A DNA stretch of 64,000 bases from Camelus dromedarius (lineage: Eukaryota). The stretch is from contig NC_087436.1 of the NCBI RefSeq assembly GCF_036321535.1, forward strand, positions 72,046,001 through 72,110,000, written 5' to 3'. The translations under genes were made by a program, and so were the position numbers. Position 1 is the first letter of the stretch; the number at the start of each line of letters is the position of its first letter. Below, piece after piece: positions 26,301-41,300 of this stretch. The notes below the pieces were generated by a model. The model worked only from the letters and a program-made list of their open reading frames with translations. It was not told where the DNA came from and searched no databases.

Positions 26301-29300
26301 TGCTTGTAAAATATGCCATTTAAGCCCACAAGTGAGTTTATATCACAAAACTGATATATATCAATCTGGCTGTCCCATGTTTTTCTCCATAAAGTATGTT
26401 AATGCAAAGCGTGTTTTTCAAGATTTCCAAACATGCTAAGTAAATAAAACTCTGGGTTTAGGAAAACAGTTACATTAAACTATTACAGACAGAAGATGGT
26501 TTTGCAACCTTATCTTAACATATATTGTTGCAACAATAAACACCGATTATGTGTATTTTTCAGGAAGAGATGTTCCAAAGAGTGGTTTGTGAAAGCCATG
26601 AACGTGTGAAAAATCAGTGTGATTTACATGGGAAATTAGGAGACAGTAACTTCCATGACAGGTATGCTTCCAAGATACTGTCCAGATTTATGCTTGTTAG
26701 CGAGTTTTTGTTAGTTCCTGCTGCTGAGTGTTGCAAAGCGTCTACATTCAATCTTAAAATTTCAGAGGCCAAGGTAAAAGTCGGTTCAGAATTAACCTAG
26801 CTATCTTTGTCTTGATAAGATAATTGTCCACACAACCTTGGGTGCTTTTCTGTTGTTTTTCAGGCCCGTTTCCAGGTACCAATCAATACCCAGAGGTCAG
26901 GGAGCCAGCAGACCCCGCCTGCCTTCCTGCAATCTCCTAGGGGCCTCTACCTCCCACCTGGATATTTAGTTTGGGGCTTTGCCTGTAATTTGGAGTCAAG
27001 GCTGCAACCGAGATCTAATCTAGGGTTTCTTTGTCAGTTTCAAGTCAGGTCAATATAGCAAATACATTTTTTTCACCATCAAGAGTAGAGGTAAATGTAT
27101 ACCTTAGTTATTTGCCAGAGGGAACACCCAGAACTCTGCAGAGAGCCTGGAAAATCCCATTGTTTTTCAAAGATTAATATATCAAAGAACAAAAGTCAGT
27201 TTTTAGTAATCTTTAAGATTTTATTGTAATAGTCTGTTAAGAAGCAGAGTACTGGGGAAAAGTTCAGTTTGATACAGTGCCCCATAATATTGAGCTTACA
27301 TTAAATGTCCAAAATAATGAATCCAGAAAAATTTTTTTTGTTTCAGAGAGAATGTTTATTTTTGTTTTTACTGAAGTATAGTTGATTTACAATATTGTGT
27401 TAATTTCTGGTGTACAGCATAGTGATTCATTTATATACATATATTCCTTTTCATACGCTTTTTTCATTATAAGCCATTACAAGTTCTTGAATATAGTTCC
27501 CTGTGCTCTACCCTAGGACCTCGTTGTTTATCTATTTTATATATAGTAGTTAGCATTTACAAATCTCGAACTCCTAATTTGTCCTTCCCTAACCTTTTCC
27601 CCTGCCTTGGTAACCGTAAGTTTGTTTTCTACGTCTGTGAGTCTGTCTCAGAGAGAATAGTTGCCTTGTTATTTTTCTTTTATGTTACGTTTAGTTGCTG
27701 ATGCAAACAACAATTTAGTTTAAGGATTAAGCTTGTGGCTCTCAAACTTTAGAGTGCATCAAAATTACCTGGAGGGCCTGTTGAAACACAGCCCATTCCT
27801 AGAGTTTCTGATTTAGTAAATCTGGGATGGAGCCTGAGAATCTGTATTTCCAACATGTACCCAAGGATGCTGGTCCTGCCAGTCCAAGGATCACACTTAA
27901 GAAGCACTGAATTAGGCTGACTCTTTCACTGGATGTTATAGCTAAATTCTTCCCCTAACTCCACTATGATAGAAATGCAGTAAATGATTCTGACATTTTC
28001 TTGTCCTCAAATCCGGTTCAGTAGAGTTGTTCTCATTAAAATCTCTCTCCACGTCCCTCAGTTCCCACTGCTGTTCTCCTAGTTCCGGCCATCACCGTCT
28101 CTCACTTGAATTACTGGCATGACCTTTTCTTCCCTCATGTGCCTTTTGCCCAGCTCCAATCCAATCCATTCTTCTTATAGCAACCATAATTATTTTAAAA
28201 ACAACATAAATCTGATTCTATAGCTAAGCTTTTTCCCTCCCCCCTTCTCCAGTTCTCAATCCCCCCAGTCAAGAAAACAAAATCACCTTCCGTGACTTTC
28301 CACCTGCTCTCCTCCCAGTTTCACTCCCTTTCACGTGGCTCATTTTTAGTTACTGTCGGATCTCAGCTCACACGCTGTCTCCTCCTGGAGGGCTGCCTGA
28401 CCTCCCTGCGGTGGGGCCAGCTGCCATTCCGCACGCATCTGTTGTGCGCTGTACTGCTCCCACTGCATCCAGTGTGCTCATCTCTCCCTGACTAGTGTGT
28501 GAGCCCCGTGAGAGTAGGAACTGTTTCCTGATCGTTGCTGGAGCTCCTAATCCGCCACGTTGTAGACAACCGATAAACACGTTAATGGTCTGTGCATATA
28601 TTTATTTCAGAACCTGTTTACTCTGAGTCTGATTTTGCAGCCATCCAAATTAGCTATCATAGTATCCTTGACAAGTAGAAAATTGATGGATCAGAGTGGA
28701 GCAATATGTGAGATGGAAAGAGAATTCCAGGCATATTGAATAATCCATTGGGCCACCAGAGCAAGAACTAAAAGGACAGACTTACACCCAACGTGGTAAC
28801 TTATCCTACCTCAGAGAGAATGTCAGATGTTGAGGAGCACTTTGTTGAATTCTTCATTTTGACCACATAGCCTTTGCCAGGAGTAAGAGGAAATTATTCT
28901 TTCAGGCTCATAGTCCTTTATACTAAGAAAGCCCCACAACTATCTGCTCAAGAGTTGGTTGTATTCACGAAGAACATGGCAGCTGCTGCCACCAAGTGTT
29001 GCCCATTGAACGATGAGCAACAGTTTGTTTGCCTGGAGGACTCGGTAAGCACCTCTGTGACTGCATGTTTGCCTGTTGTTGAGAGTTCTCACCTCCAGGC
29101 CCAGCCAGCAATCTCATGTCGGTGGACACATCCATGAATTGTCAATGGAACCTAATAATTCTGTTCTCAGGAGAATCAGGTCAGTTCATGCCAATTGTCT
29201 TTGATTAGCAACAGGGATAAGACTGGCTGTCAGTTTGCTACAATTGAAGATGTCAGATTCACCACGCCTTTTGCCTGTTTCATATCCCCAAGGTCTAGTC

Positions 29301-32300
29301 CTTGGATTTTCAAGTCAACAAAAGTGATTTTGTCAGCAACATCAAAGGTACTGCCGATTTTAGACTAACTCATCCTAAATGAGTAGGAAAAAGCACCCAG
29401 TCTTCCTCCTGTGTGTCTCCTTTACTCTCACATGATTACCCCACTCACCACACTTAAGACAGCAGATATGTTGTTTTTTTCCTCCACAATGAGCACTGAG
29501 TGGCCTGCAGTTTAACTCCATTCTAACACTATCTGCCTGGAGAGACCATCAGACCCCAGGGGTTGAAGGCTTAGTTCCACAAGACTGTTCCCATCCCATT
29601 TCAGATGCCAATCAAAAGTCCAAATTGTCACTTGTGTTTCTAACTGATTAGCTGTACATCTGAGGTTTCTATGACCCCCTCCTTGGGTTCAATTTGTTTG
29701 CTAGAGCAGCTCATAGAACTCGGGAAAACATGGTTACCTGTTTATTAAAGGATATGATAAAATAAACAGATGAACAGCCAGATGAAGAGATGCAGAAGGT
29801 TAGCACTGGGAGGGGCCCGAGTGCAGGGGCTTCTGTCCCTGAGGAGTTGGGGTGTGTCACCCTCCCAGTATGTGGATGTGTTTACTCATCTGAAAGTTCT
29901 CTGAACCCCATACTGTTGGGATTTTATGGCAGCTTCCTCACATAGACATGACCAATTATTAAATCTATTTCCAGCCCCTTTCCCCTCGCTGGAGAATGGG
30001 GGGTGGGGCTAAAATTCCAAGCCTCTAATCATGGCTCCGTCTCTTTGGTGACCAGCCCCGCTCAAGGAGCCCACCCAGAATCACCACATAAGAAAGAAAG
30101 GTAATTCTAGTGCTCTTATCACTTAGGAGTTTACAAGCATTTCAGGAACCTTGTGTCAGGAACTGTGGTCAAAGACCAAATATTTCTGTTTTCTATTATC
30201 TCACATCAAACTCAAAACTGTTAGCATCATTAGAATACCAGTGTGTCCATTTGCAATGAACAGTTCTCTCCAATGGCAGAGATAATAGAGTCTAGTAACT
30301 AGGCTACCTTTTTCCTGAATCAAATTACTAGGGAAGTTGAATCAGGACATGGGTATTCATGCAAACAGAATCAGAGGAAGGGCAGTCTTGGGGATACTTC
30401 TTCCAGGCTATAGGGAATAATTATGAATTATTCACCCCTCTCAATGGAGAATATCACTCCAGGGACCTGGATGCTCAAGACTCTGAGATCTAATCTCTAG
30501 GTCTCTCTCAAGTGGTATTATCTGAACATTACTGAATTCTTGTTTGGTGACAGCTTTCTCTGCCCTATATTCTTGGTAGAGCTTCTCGCCTATGCTAAGT
30601 AAGTCTTTCTTCTGATGAAATGTAGTTGTTTTGGCTGCAGATTTAAAACTTTTTGTTATATAGCTCTATTTTCCTTCTATTTTATTATAAATTTATATTA
30701 TCTAGTCATACATTCCTTGGGGAACTCTTTCATTTTGATTTATATATGCCTAAGAATGTTTTTAAGTGAACTCTTCAGTTAATTCTAAAATGGATAAACT
30801 CATGTGTTAAATGCTGATGCTCACTAGTCTCCCCACATACATAAGTGACAGGGAATTTGGGTGGTCATTATACTCAGAAGGTCATACAGGCAGGCTTAGA
30901 CAGTATCAGATAAGAATCAGACACCACACTGGGAGCAAGGCAAGGTGACTGGGCTAGAAGGGGACAAAGAAATGAAGGAGACAACTAAAATAAGATCCAG
31001 GGACTCCCTTTCTCATTTTTTTAATTCATTTTTTGGTTAATTCAACAAATAGTTATACAGCATTTACCATCGGCCAAGTTCTGTGATGGTTATAGATGTT
31101 CAGTCATAAAAAAATAGAAACACACTGGATTTGAGCTTTTCAAGTAAGAATGCCAATCGTCAGTCATAACTAGGTCAAATTAGTCATGTTGACTTGAGAT
31201 TTGATTTTAATTTGATGGAACATAAGTAACTCCTATCTCAAGTCAACACTGGTCTATAAACTGGATTGGGGAGGAATGGGGAGGAGGGGTCCATGGATAA
31301 TCACCTTGAGGGTGACAGGAAGAAGGAAAGACAAGGCTGAGGACCAGAGGAACTGCACCCGATGCTCTTGCTTTTTCCTTGACAGTGAAATCCAGACTGT
31401 GCTAGCAGAAATTAGAATTTAAGAATCCTTTCCTATGGATTAAAAATACTAATAATGACCATAAACCTTATGGCTCTTATTCTAATTCTCTCCTGGGAAA
31501 GGCAAAGCTAATTCTTGGAGCTTTATGCAGAAGACATGAGGCAGAGCCTATCAATGCTGGTGTGGGTGACTGTTGTGATGACTCATATGCCTTCAGGAAG
31601 CCTTGCTTTGATGATCTGCAAGTCGATGGAACTTACATTTCTCCACCTTTATCCTGTGACCAAGTCCTCAACCTTAAAGAAGACTTGTGCAAAGCTCAGG
31701 AGGAGGAATTACAAACTGAAAAGCAAAAGTAAGGATCTCTGTTTAACTTGTTCTTTGCTGCCAACAAGGGAGCAGACATAGAGAACTGTACACTGGGTGC
31801 AGATACAAATATTGCATAATGAGTGGAGCAGCTAAATGTTATATTGGAGGTCAAGGTGAACTTAGAATATTCTGTGGTTTTGTACTTAAGTCTATCGTAG
31901 TTGCTACCCCAACTTGATCAGTTAATGAGACTGAAGTCTATTGATCAGAAAATATTAACAGAGATGTACATTTTTTTGTGTATTTTTTTCTAAAATGTGA
32001 ACTTTAGAACATTAGTTTTTTTTAATTCAGGTATAGTTAGTTTACAATGTTGTGTCAGTTTCTGGTGTACAGCATAATGCTTCAGTCATGCATACACATA
32101 CATATATTCATTTTCATATTCTTTTTCATTATAGGTTACTACAAAATATTGAATATAGTTCCCTGTGCTCTACAGAAGAAATGTGTATCTATTTTATATG
32201 CATTAGCTTTATAATGTGTTTCATACAAAAAAATTTCATGTTCAGAGTTTGGGAATACTGTATTTCCTTGCTCCACTTAGAAATTCATACCTTCATTAAC

Positions 32301-35300
32301 AGTGGAAGTCAGAGAAGTCCTGCAATAAAGTAATCTGATTAGCTTGTTCTAACTTGGCCTCCTTTGGGCCACAGAAATGACTAAGATTCTACAGGACCTG
32401 CATGCTGGGAAAGTGCTTTGGAACATTCCATTAGAGAGCTGTGTGTCACCTCCCAGTGTGCCGCTGCTTTCACTACCACTTCTGCTACTTCTACCAGGAG
32501 TGACTGTTTTCTCTGTTTGGAAGAAGCGGTATTTGGGTGACTAGTAGTGAGTGCCAGCTGCATGATAAAGTAATGCCTGTGAATTCAACTTTTTGCATCT
32601 TCGATTTCCTTTCCCCACTCTTCTACCCTCTTTAATGCAGTTTCTTGTACCAGATAAGGCTTTCTAGTAACTTCTCAGAATATAGAAAAACAGGGCATCA
32701 CTGGAAACTCACAATACTGGAAATAAGTATTTAAATGTCATATATATCCTTTCTATGAACATATAATATCAAAGAATAATGAAAGTGGAAGGAAGCTTAG
32801 CTATTAATCAATGCTTCTCACCCCAAGTTTAGGAAATCCTTCTAAAACATTGTGCAGTTTCTCCATGAATATTTCCAGTGATGGAAAGGCCATTTGCTTA
32901 AAGCAGCCTATTTTATATTTAGATATGGTTAATTTAAAAGCTCATTTTTTTGGTGAAACACAGATATGTTTCCTTGTCACTTCCAACCACATTTCTACAT
33001 CTGAAGCTGCAGAAATACTTTAAAGGTATTCTGTGCTGCTGAGTAAGGGTAGACCCCTTTCATGTAACTGTCATCTGAGGATGAGGTATGGTTGTTGCAC
33101 TCGATCTGCAGATGGATCTAAAGGGGAAGCTGAAAGGAATGGTGTGCAATGCTTTCTAAAGTTATATATATGACGATGGAAGTGCATATATGTGCGTGTA
33201 TGTATATAAAAAATACATGTGAAAACATTTATAAATTAGAAAACTTTGTGACTATAAGTCGTTACTTTACAAAGCACTATTCCAATTTGGTTGCTGTTAC
33301 TGATACTGAAGCCTATTGGTCAGAATTGTTGCCAGTAGAATATCATCTCCTTATATCTGAGCAGGGCTCCCCAATGTGTGTTCTATGTAAAAAAGTGGAT
33401 GAAGTCAGAAATCGAATTCAATCTAGTGTTCTTTTCTATTCCTGCTTTCACAGCATCTATTAGAATATTTAGTAATTCCACTATATTGTCCACCCTTTTG
33501 CCCTCCTGCTACAGCAGCCCATTGTCAAATTTCTTTTTCCCCTCATCCTTTCTTCATATGATATGTGAGTTAATTTTTGCTGCATAATAACTCACACCAA
33601 AAATAGATGGCTTTACACAGCATCGGTTAATGTTGCTCAAATGTCTGAGGGTTGATTGGATGAGTCTGTTGACCTGGGTCAGCCTCAGCCATTTTTAGTG
33701 GGGCTTGCTCAAGAGTCTACTGTCAGCTGCTAAGTCAGCGGGGAGCTGGCGGGCCGAGGCTAGGCGGCTTTGTCTCTGCTGCCTGTGGTCTTCTGTCCCC
33801 CAGGAGGCTAATCCAGGCTTCCTCATGTGGTAGCTGGGAGGGAGGGGAAGTGTGGAGGCCCCCCAAGGCCCATGTCTGGAACCATGCAATGCCCATTCTG
33901 CTGTAAGGGAGGTCACAGGGCCAGCCCAGATTAAAGGGGTGTGGAAATAGACTTCACTTCTTGATAGGAAAAGAGGTGGAAAATCATACTGTAAAGGATA
34001 TGGATATAGAGAAAGATGGACAATTGGGTTCATGTTTGTTATCAATCTGCCACATGTGGATCATTAAGGGAGTTGCTGAAACTACAGCAAATGATCAATG
34101 TCAAGACAGTGGTGGAGAAAGAGGCAATTAACTGGGTCTGATGTCATCAAAAATGAAGGGGCATGACCAGGCTTTCTACACATGGCATAAATAAATAGGG
34201 GTGGGGATGTTAGAGTTTGATGACATGGACTTTGAAAGAGCTATGGCATTTAAAAGAGGACAAGGGAGAGATATGTTGGAAGCAGTAAAGGAGAGCTAGG
34301 TGCTAAGGTTAGTCGTGTTCAAACAAAAATAGCCTCCTCTTGGAGGGTCTTGGGGAACACTGCATCTTCTGGGGAGCCTCATGATTTCATACAGAGCAAG
34401 AAATAGAAGCTCAGAAAAGAGGATGTGGATTTAGTGAAATTTAGGGATGAGAAAGCTTCAAGTTACAATGGAGACAGCAGATGAGTTAGGGAGGACCAGG
34501 AAAACAGGGGATGGGTCTGATTAGGGATGTAGGAGCATCAGTGTGATGGCAGAAGGTCTGGGAGACTTGGATTTCTGACGCTGAATGAGGTGACTAGGGC
34601 ATGCCTGGCTTGGCCTGGGAAGCAGCACACGCAGCACACGCAGCCTTAGGGCAGCTGGTCTTGCCTTGGCTTCTCAGAACATCCCGTGATTAAGATCTTA
34701 CAAGTGGTTGGCATTTTCCCTGATTCTCCCGATCCCACTCACATAGATGGATTGAATGGAACACTTTCTATTAGGTGTTAGAAAGGAGGCTACTTGTCTG
34801 CTGCTGCACACAGAGAAATGACTTTCTTAGCAGCATCAACCATCTTTTCACCCCAACCCCACTCCTAAGCCTGGACCCAAGATATTGCCATGGTCCAGGC
34901 ATTTTCCCTTGGAATAGATTCTGCTGATAATGGAGGCGATGTTAGAGGCCCCATTTGGAACTGACTGAGGGTGACTATTTTAGGAAAAACCAAAGGGTGC
35001 AACTCTGGTTACCCTGAATCAATAGGATGGATTGAAAGCATGCCCCCTCCTGGCAGTGGGGCAGTTCCCCTAGAGTGCCCAGCCATGCTTCCCGCCCTCC
35101 TCACAAGCCTCTGATCTTTCCTCAAAGGAAAGCAGACCAGGGTCCTCAGAGCTCCTTCTCCCTCAAGATCATTAGAAGAGGTAACTTATTTCTAATCAAC
35201 TTGTTTACTCTAAGACTTGCTCTTGCAGGGTCTAAATATTATTAGTCCAACAATATCATCTTGCCAAGTGAGGCAAAGGTTTTGTTGCCTTGGGAATGAA

Positions 35301-38300
35301 CACATTCTCATGGTCGGTAAGCACAAGGTTGGCACTGGTTCTGTTTTATCACAGTACTTAAAATTCATAAGCCAGCTGACCCCTGAAGTCCTGTCTTCAG
35401 TTCCCAAAGTGAGCTGATCACAAACTAGACTTTCAAACTTTCCAGTAAGTATCCAAAGACCACTGTAACACTTAGTTAGCCATTCTTTCTTTAGGCCAGG
35501 CTTGCTGTGAGAATATAAGGAGGAAGAAGTCAATCTTACCTCTAGAGTTCAGGCTTTGCTTTCTCTTGAGGAAATCCTCTGGCATGGATAGGTAGCCTTC
35601 ATGTATGTCATCTCACCAAATCCTTACCTCAGATTTATGAGGTCGGTAATATTATGACCCCATTTTCATCGTGAGGACACTGAGGCCAAGAAGGCAGGAA
35701 GACCTGGTGTGAGATCATGGAGCAGGTCAATAGGTTGTTGAGCTGGAAGCTGCACCCAGGCCATCTGGCTCAAAGCACATGTGCTTAATTACCAACATGG
35801 AGTTGTTAGTGTGCCCTCATCAAGGAATTATAATGCTGCTTATAATTTTTAAAACATGAGGAACTCTTCACATAAGGGCTAGATTATAAAAAAGTGTGAA
35901 ATATTAGGAAGTGGCCTTGTTCTGCTGACTTCACTGTGTTTTTTGTATGGAGAAAACAGTGGCAAAGAGACAGCTAATGTAGAGATTTCTGGAATATTCC
36001 AGGAGCGTACATACAGGGAGTCAAAGGCCACATTTGAGAAAACCCATCAACTTTCTGGGACAGTGGTAGGGGCTCTCTCCATGCCTTTCACCCCTGTATA
36101 GAGCTGGTGGACCATCATAGCATAAATCAACACACACACAAATGAAAAAAAAAAAAAACTAGTGAAGGGGCTCCGAGAGGGGAAGAATACAATTCAGCAG
36201 GATTACAAAGAGAAGGCAGAAATAAAGTTATGGAATAAGTTAGAGAAAATAAAAAGAAAATAGAAGTTCAAAGGAAAAGGATTTAAAATCCAATTAAGAA
36301 AAATACTGAGTTGAAATGTTAAGATTTAAGACAATATAAAGACCAGAATGTGCTTTAAATGAAATGGTGGATAAATGTAATGAAAAGAAAAGATTAATAT
36401 CATAGAAATGAAAACCTGAAAACAACTTCATGGTATTGAGTATTAAAAATAGGACTTAAGATTTGAAAAGGTAAATTAAAAATGTAAAACTACATAGAAT
36501 TAGGAAAAATATAAATAGAATTAGGGAAAATACCTTAAAATAGCAGTCAGGTTGATAGGTAGAGAGATCAGGGTGGAGGAGGGAGGATACGAGCAGGAGA
36601 GGTAACTCAGATCATAAGTATGTGACAAGTTATTGTTGTGGCAGGGGGTCCAGCTTCCAAGTAGCAGAGTCCCCAGTTGTAGAAAAGGTAGCCTTTAAGT
36701 CTGGAGTGTCAAGGAGAAGTAACATGGCATGCTGGAATCCTTGTTTTGAATCTCATTCCCAGACCTGCCTTCTCATAAAGGGAACCTTTTTTTTTTTTTT
36801 TTTTCCCTTGCCTATCTCAATACAATGGGAGTGTTTCTCCTTGTTTAAATAAGCAAATGCTGGCTGATCTGGAAACTCAGCAGTCATGCTCGTCTCCCCT
36901 CTACTGGTCCCTCTGGGGAAGTGCATTCAGAAACCAGCTGACCCAGCAGGACAGAGGAAAGCAGTTCTTGTGACTGAGGCTTCGGTGAGAGAGGGGAGAG
37001 AAACTCTTGGGCGAGACTAGAGGGCTTGGGAGGGGCCAAGCCAAGAAGGCACGTGGCATCCCAAAGCTTGTGAGAAATGAGAAGAATATATATGAGGGAG
37101 CCTTCCCACCTCCTCCTTTAGGTTTCTCTATTATTGTTAAATTGACAGCTCAAATCCTTATGGAAATTATAAAAATGCTTATCAGTTAGTTGTTGAATGA
37201 ATGAATGAATAACTGAATAAGTAGGAAAAAAGCTGTGACAATGCACCATTTATTGTGGAGGTCAAGGAGAAGGGAGACCATGGGTGGGAGCAACCAATAA
37301 TTTGAAATGGAAGCAAGCTCCAAGTTGGGCTATTATTATAATTATTCATTATCTTTGTTATAATCTGATGAAATAATTTAATTATTCATATTTTCTTTGC
37401 CACTATTTATTGTCTTCAGTATGCTAGTTACTATACTCAGCCTTTTAATATAGTATTGTTTTTGGTCCTCACAAAAGCCTTGCAATGTAGGTGTTTAAAT
37501 TTTCCTTTTAAGGATGAGGATCAGAGAGGTTCAGTATCTCACCTACCATCACACAAACAAGTTAGTGAATGGAGGACATAACTTGAGCCAAAGTAAGTTT
37601 GACTTAAAAGTCTGTGCCCTCTGTATGACGTTGGAAGGGAAGCCCAGATTTTGCATGAACTGACAGCAACCTTGCCCACCTCCTGTACCAGCTTGGGCCA
37701 CTTTCGGTGCTGAATCCCCTAAGTCAGACCACGGAAGCCCCAGTGGGTGCTGGGAAGTCGAGTAATCTCACTGTGTAGCTGCTCATGATTATTAGTTTCC
37801 ATAACCTGCGCCTGAAGCTACCCTGTGCTGTTTTTGTAGAAAAATATATTCTGAGACAGAAATCCACCAAAATTCTGATGGGAAGTAGCCTGTATTTCTC
37901 ACTTTGAATAATTAATTTGTTAAAAATTGATAATTATTATTCAAAGATAATATCAACTGTTTTGACTATATATCAGACATAACCATACACACTTGAATTA
38001 TATAGAGACAAAAGCAAGTACAGTGTTTTCTTTCAAGTGGGATTTAAATTTAAATCTAACTGGAAGATTGAATGTGTACAGCATAGTTGGATTAGGAAAT
38101 AGAGTGCTTATCCTATTTTCTTTCTTTTTAAAAGATTGATTCATTTTATTTTTAAAGTAACACATAACCATTGCAGAACATTTTGAAAATACAGGAGAGA
38201 GAAGAAAATCATAACGCTTTTATTCTAACACTGCAGAGATACTCATTATAACTATATGCATAGTAAGGAATAAACAGTGTCAGGTATGTACCCAAGTGCA

Positions 38301-41300
38301 CACTCCCACAATTGCCCCGTCCATCAGACTGTGGTTCTAATATGTAATAATGCAAGTTTGGCACACTCTTGATACTACCTGATGATACAAAATTTCAGTG
38401 CCAGCAGTTGTCCCCAGAACCCTCAGGGATGAGCTTACGAAACTCTCTGCCCCCTCCCACCCACCAGGGATTCTCCCGTGTGCTTTGCCTGGCATCACTC
38501 GTGTGCCCCTGGGAACAGCCATGCCCTCCAGGTACTGTTGTCTCCTGTTGTCCCTTGAAATGACAAAGCTGCTTTATGTTTTGTTGTAAGAAAAAATAAT
38601 ACCTTCCCCCAAGTCCCAGGATGGTGTACGTTTGGCAGGTGCCGTGGCAGTGCTGCTTGTGTCCGTGGTGTGCAGGACTTGAATGAAAGTACTCTTACAG
38701 CCCTCTTTCTAAGAATTATCCTGATGCCCTATAGCTCAGAAATGAGCAATGGAGGCCCAGCTGGGGAACCACTGAGTTACTCCCGTCTTCCAGTGACCAG
38801 GTCTTTCTTACTGAGTGGAAATCTGTGACCCTTCTTGTCTCAGGATGAATTCTCACAAATAGTTCCCAATCCTCCTGCCTTCCGGGAGAGAGGCTCCCCT
38901 CACTGGCTTGTAATGTACACCCAGATTTATATTATTTTCAAGGAGTTGAAACCACTGTTACAAATGCAAAGTGGAGATGATATAGAGCCTTGTTAAAGAG
39001 GTAACAGAGACCATTGCATGAGGTAACATTTATAAATTATCAGCACATTGTCTGAAACATAGTACATATCAACATACTCAAAAGATGTTGGCTGTTATCA
39101 TTATTTTTAATGTAGTTTTAAAATTATAATATATGCATTTTTGTCACTAATTATTCTTTGAAACAGCATTTTAATTGCACTCTACTATTCCATTCTATGG
39201 GTACCACAGCAAATTTAACCTCTCCATATTGCTGGGCATGAGACTTGTCTTCAATTTCTAACTATCATAAATGATGACAACGAATGTTTTTGTACATTTG
39301 TCTTTGTCTCCTTTCTGATATTCTTCTAGATTCCCAGGACTTAGAATTAGGGGCAAATGTGGAGTTAATTAAAATCTTTTAGCTTCTTTGACTCTGTCTT
39401 GCTAGTGCTCAGAGGATACAGTGACTACAAGCTTCTCAAACCCGCCTCATCGTTGTGGTAGTTTCTAGAAAAAAAAAATTGGCTTCTGCTTCCTTATTCT
39501 TTTTAGTCACGCTGCTGCTTCTGCTTTGTCCATCCTCAAGGCAGGGTTGGCGTGGGGGTGGGAGAAGGTGGAGCTGAAATGGGAAGTTCAGAGAGGCATG
39601 TCCAGGGGCTACAGTGTTACTGGATATATATTTTTTTCTTTTAAGTATAGTTGATTGACAATGTTGTGTTAATTTCTGATATACAGCATAATGATTCGGT
39701 TAAATGTAAATATATACGTCTATATTCCTTTTAATATTCTTTTTCTTTGGCAGATGGTGCTGGATGTATTTTTCATTGTTTAGATGGGATCAGGACTCTA
39801 TGTCCATGTGGCCAGGGCTGCTTAGGCAGGTCTTGTGAGCATTGCTTGAATAGGCCGGGCCTGGGATTTGCAGAGGGCTGTGTTTGCGCCTCTGCTGTCC
39901 CTGGCTTCCCTACCAGCCCCTGCCTGCCCTGTCTGTGACCCAGCTCACTCCGTCCAGTGTAGGTGCTGGTGCCACATACCTGCTGGGGGTTTCACTGTTG
40001 GCCACTGCCGGGCAGCAAAGGGTGGCTGGCATCTCAGTTCAGGAGTTAAGCAACTCAGCCTAAAATATTTGTGGATCCCTGGTTTAGAGTGTTGTAGAAA
40101 TGTCTACTTAGAGTCTGAGATGTTTTCTTTTATGTCTGTTTAAGTACAAATGGGGCCAACAGGTTTTATCAATATGAGTTTGAAAATGAAGAATAAGCAA
40201 AGGTTTTAAGTAAGCAGTAAAATATAATATCTATTAATGTACATTTTCCTCACTCTTCATTCTTTGTTTTCTTTTTAGTTAAATCTCTCTTGGTATAAAG
40301 TAGTAAAAACAAAGAGAGAGAGAGAGAGAGAGAGATAAAGACAACATTGGGAGATTTGGAATACCATTTTATTAAATAGACAGAAGCCAGGCTACAATTT
40401 TGAACAGTCAAAGTGGTTGAAACAGTGATGTTCATATAGTTGTGGGGGAAACTCATTCTGTGAGGGAAATCTGAGATGACTGTCAAGCCATTAAAGTTTC
40501 AAATTAGTTCATTGGTTTTATCATTAATAACATATAAGGGGCCCCCAACTTCCAGGTGTGTTATACTTGGAATATTTCTTAGAAAGTTAGTTGTTAGAAT
40601 AAATGTTGTTCATAAAAAAAATTACAGGAAAAACTAATTTGCTGTATAACCTATGTACCATTCAATACAATAAAAATAGAAAAAAGTTTACCCTAGTAAT
40701 AATTACATGAAGATAACTAAGTCTCCTATAATAATTATGTTGATGAGATGTGCTTGAAGAAAAAGATGTTGACTAAAACATGGAGACAGACATTGTGAAA
40801 ACTATGAAAACATCAGGGCATTTTCAGGGCCTCCAAACTTAAGAGGGAGAGCTATGCAAATGTGTGGGTGGTGTGCAGCTTTTGATAAGTAAGGCAGGTT
40901 TGCAGGCTGGCCTTCCAGAACTCAGGGAGTGCTTATACTTTGCCACTCATTTCTGATTCAGGCTCCTCAGCAACCTTGTGAAGCAGAAACTACGTGCAGC
41001 AGAGATGCAGTTCCAGCCAATTCTTGTGGATTTCGCTCACCTGGTGGAGATGTGCTGCCAAGCAGAGAAAAGTGAAATGTGTTTCCAAGAAGAGGTAACC
41101 CTGTTTCCATGTCTATTCTCTTAGCTCTGGTAGGGTTTATTAAAGTAAAACAAACAAACAAACAAACAAACAAACAAACAAACAAACAAACAAACAAAAA
41201 ACAAAACCCTTCTCCATTCCAATCATGAGTGAATTAGGAGAAAATCAGTCTAAGTGGATTGGTGCAATTGACCATATTTGGTTTTAACATATGTTAACAT

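Noticed and set aside
31515..31781. 88-aa [13 protein letters not shown]...
   Set aside because: Alternative frame of ARG exon 12; the true frame starts at 31502.
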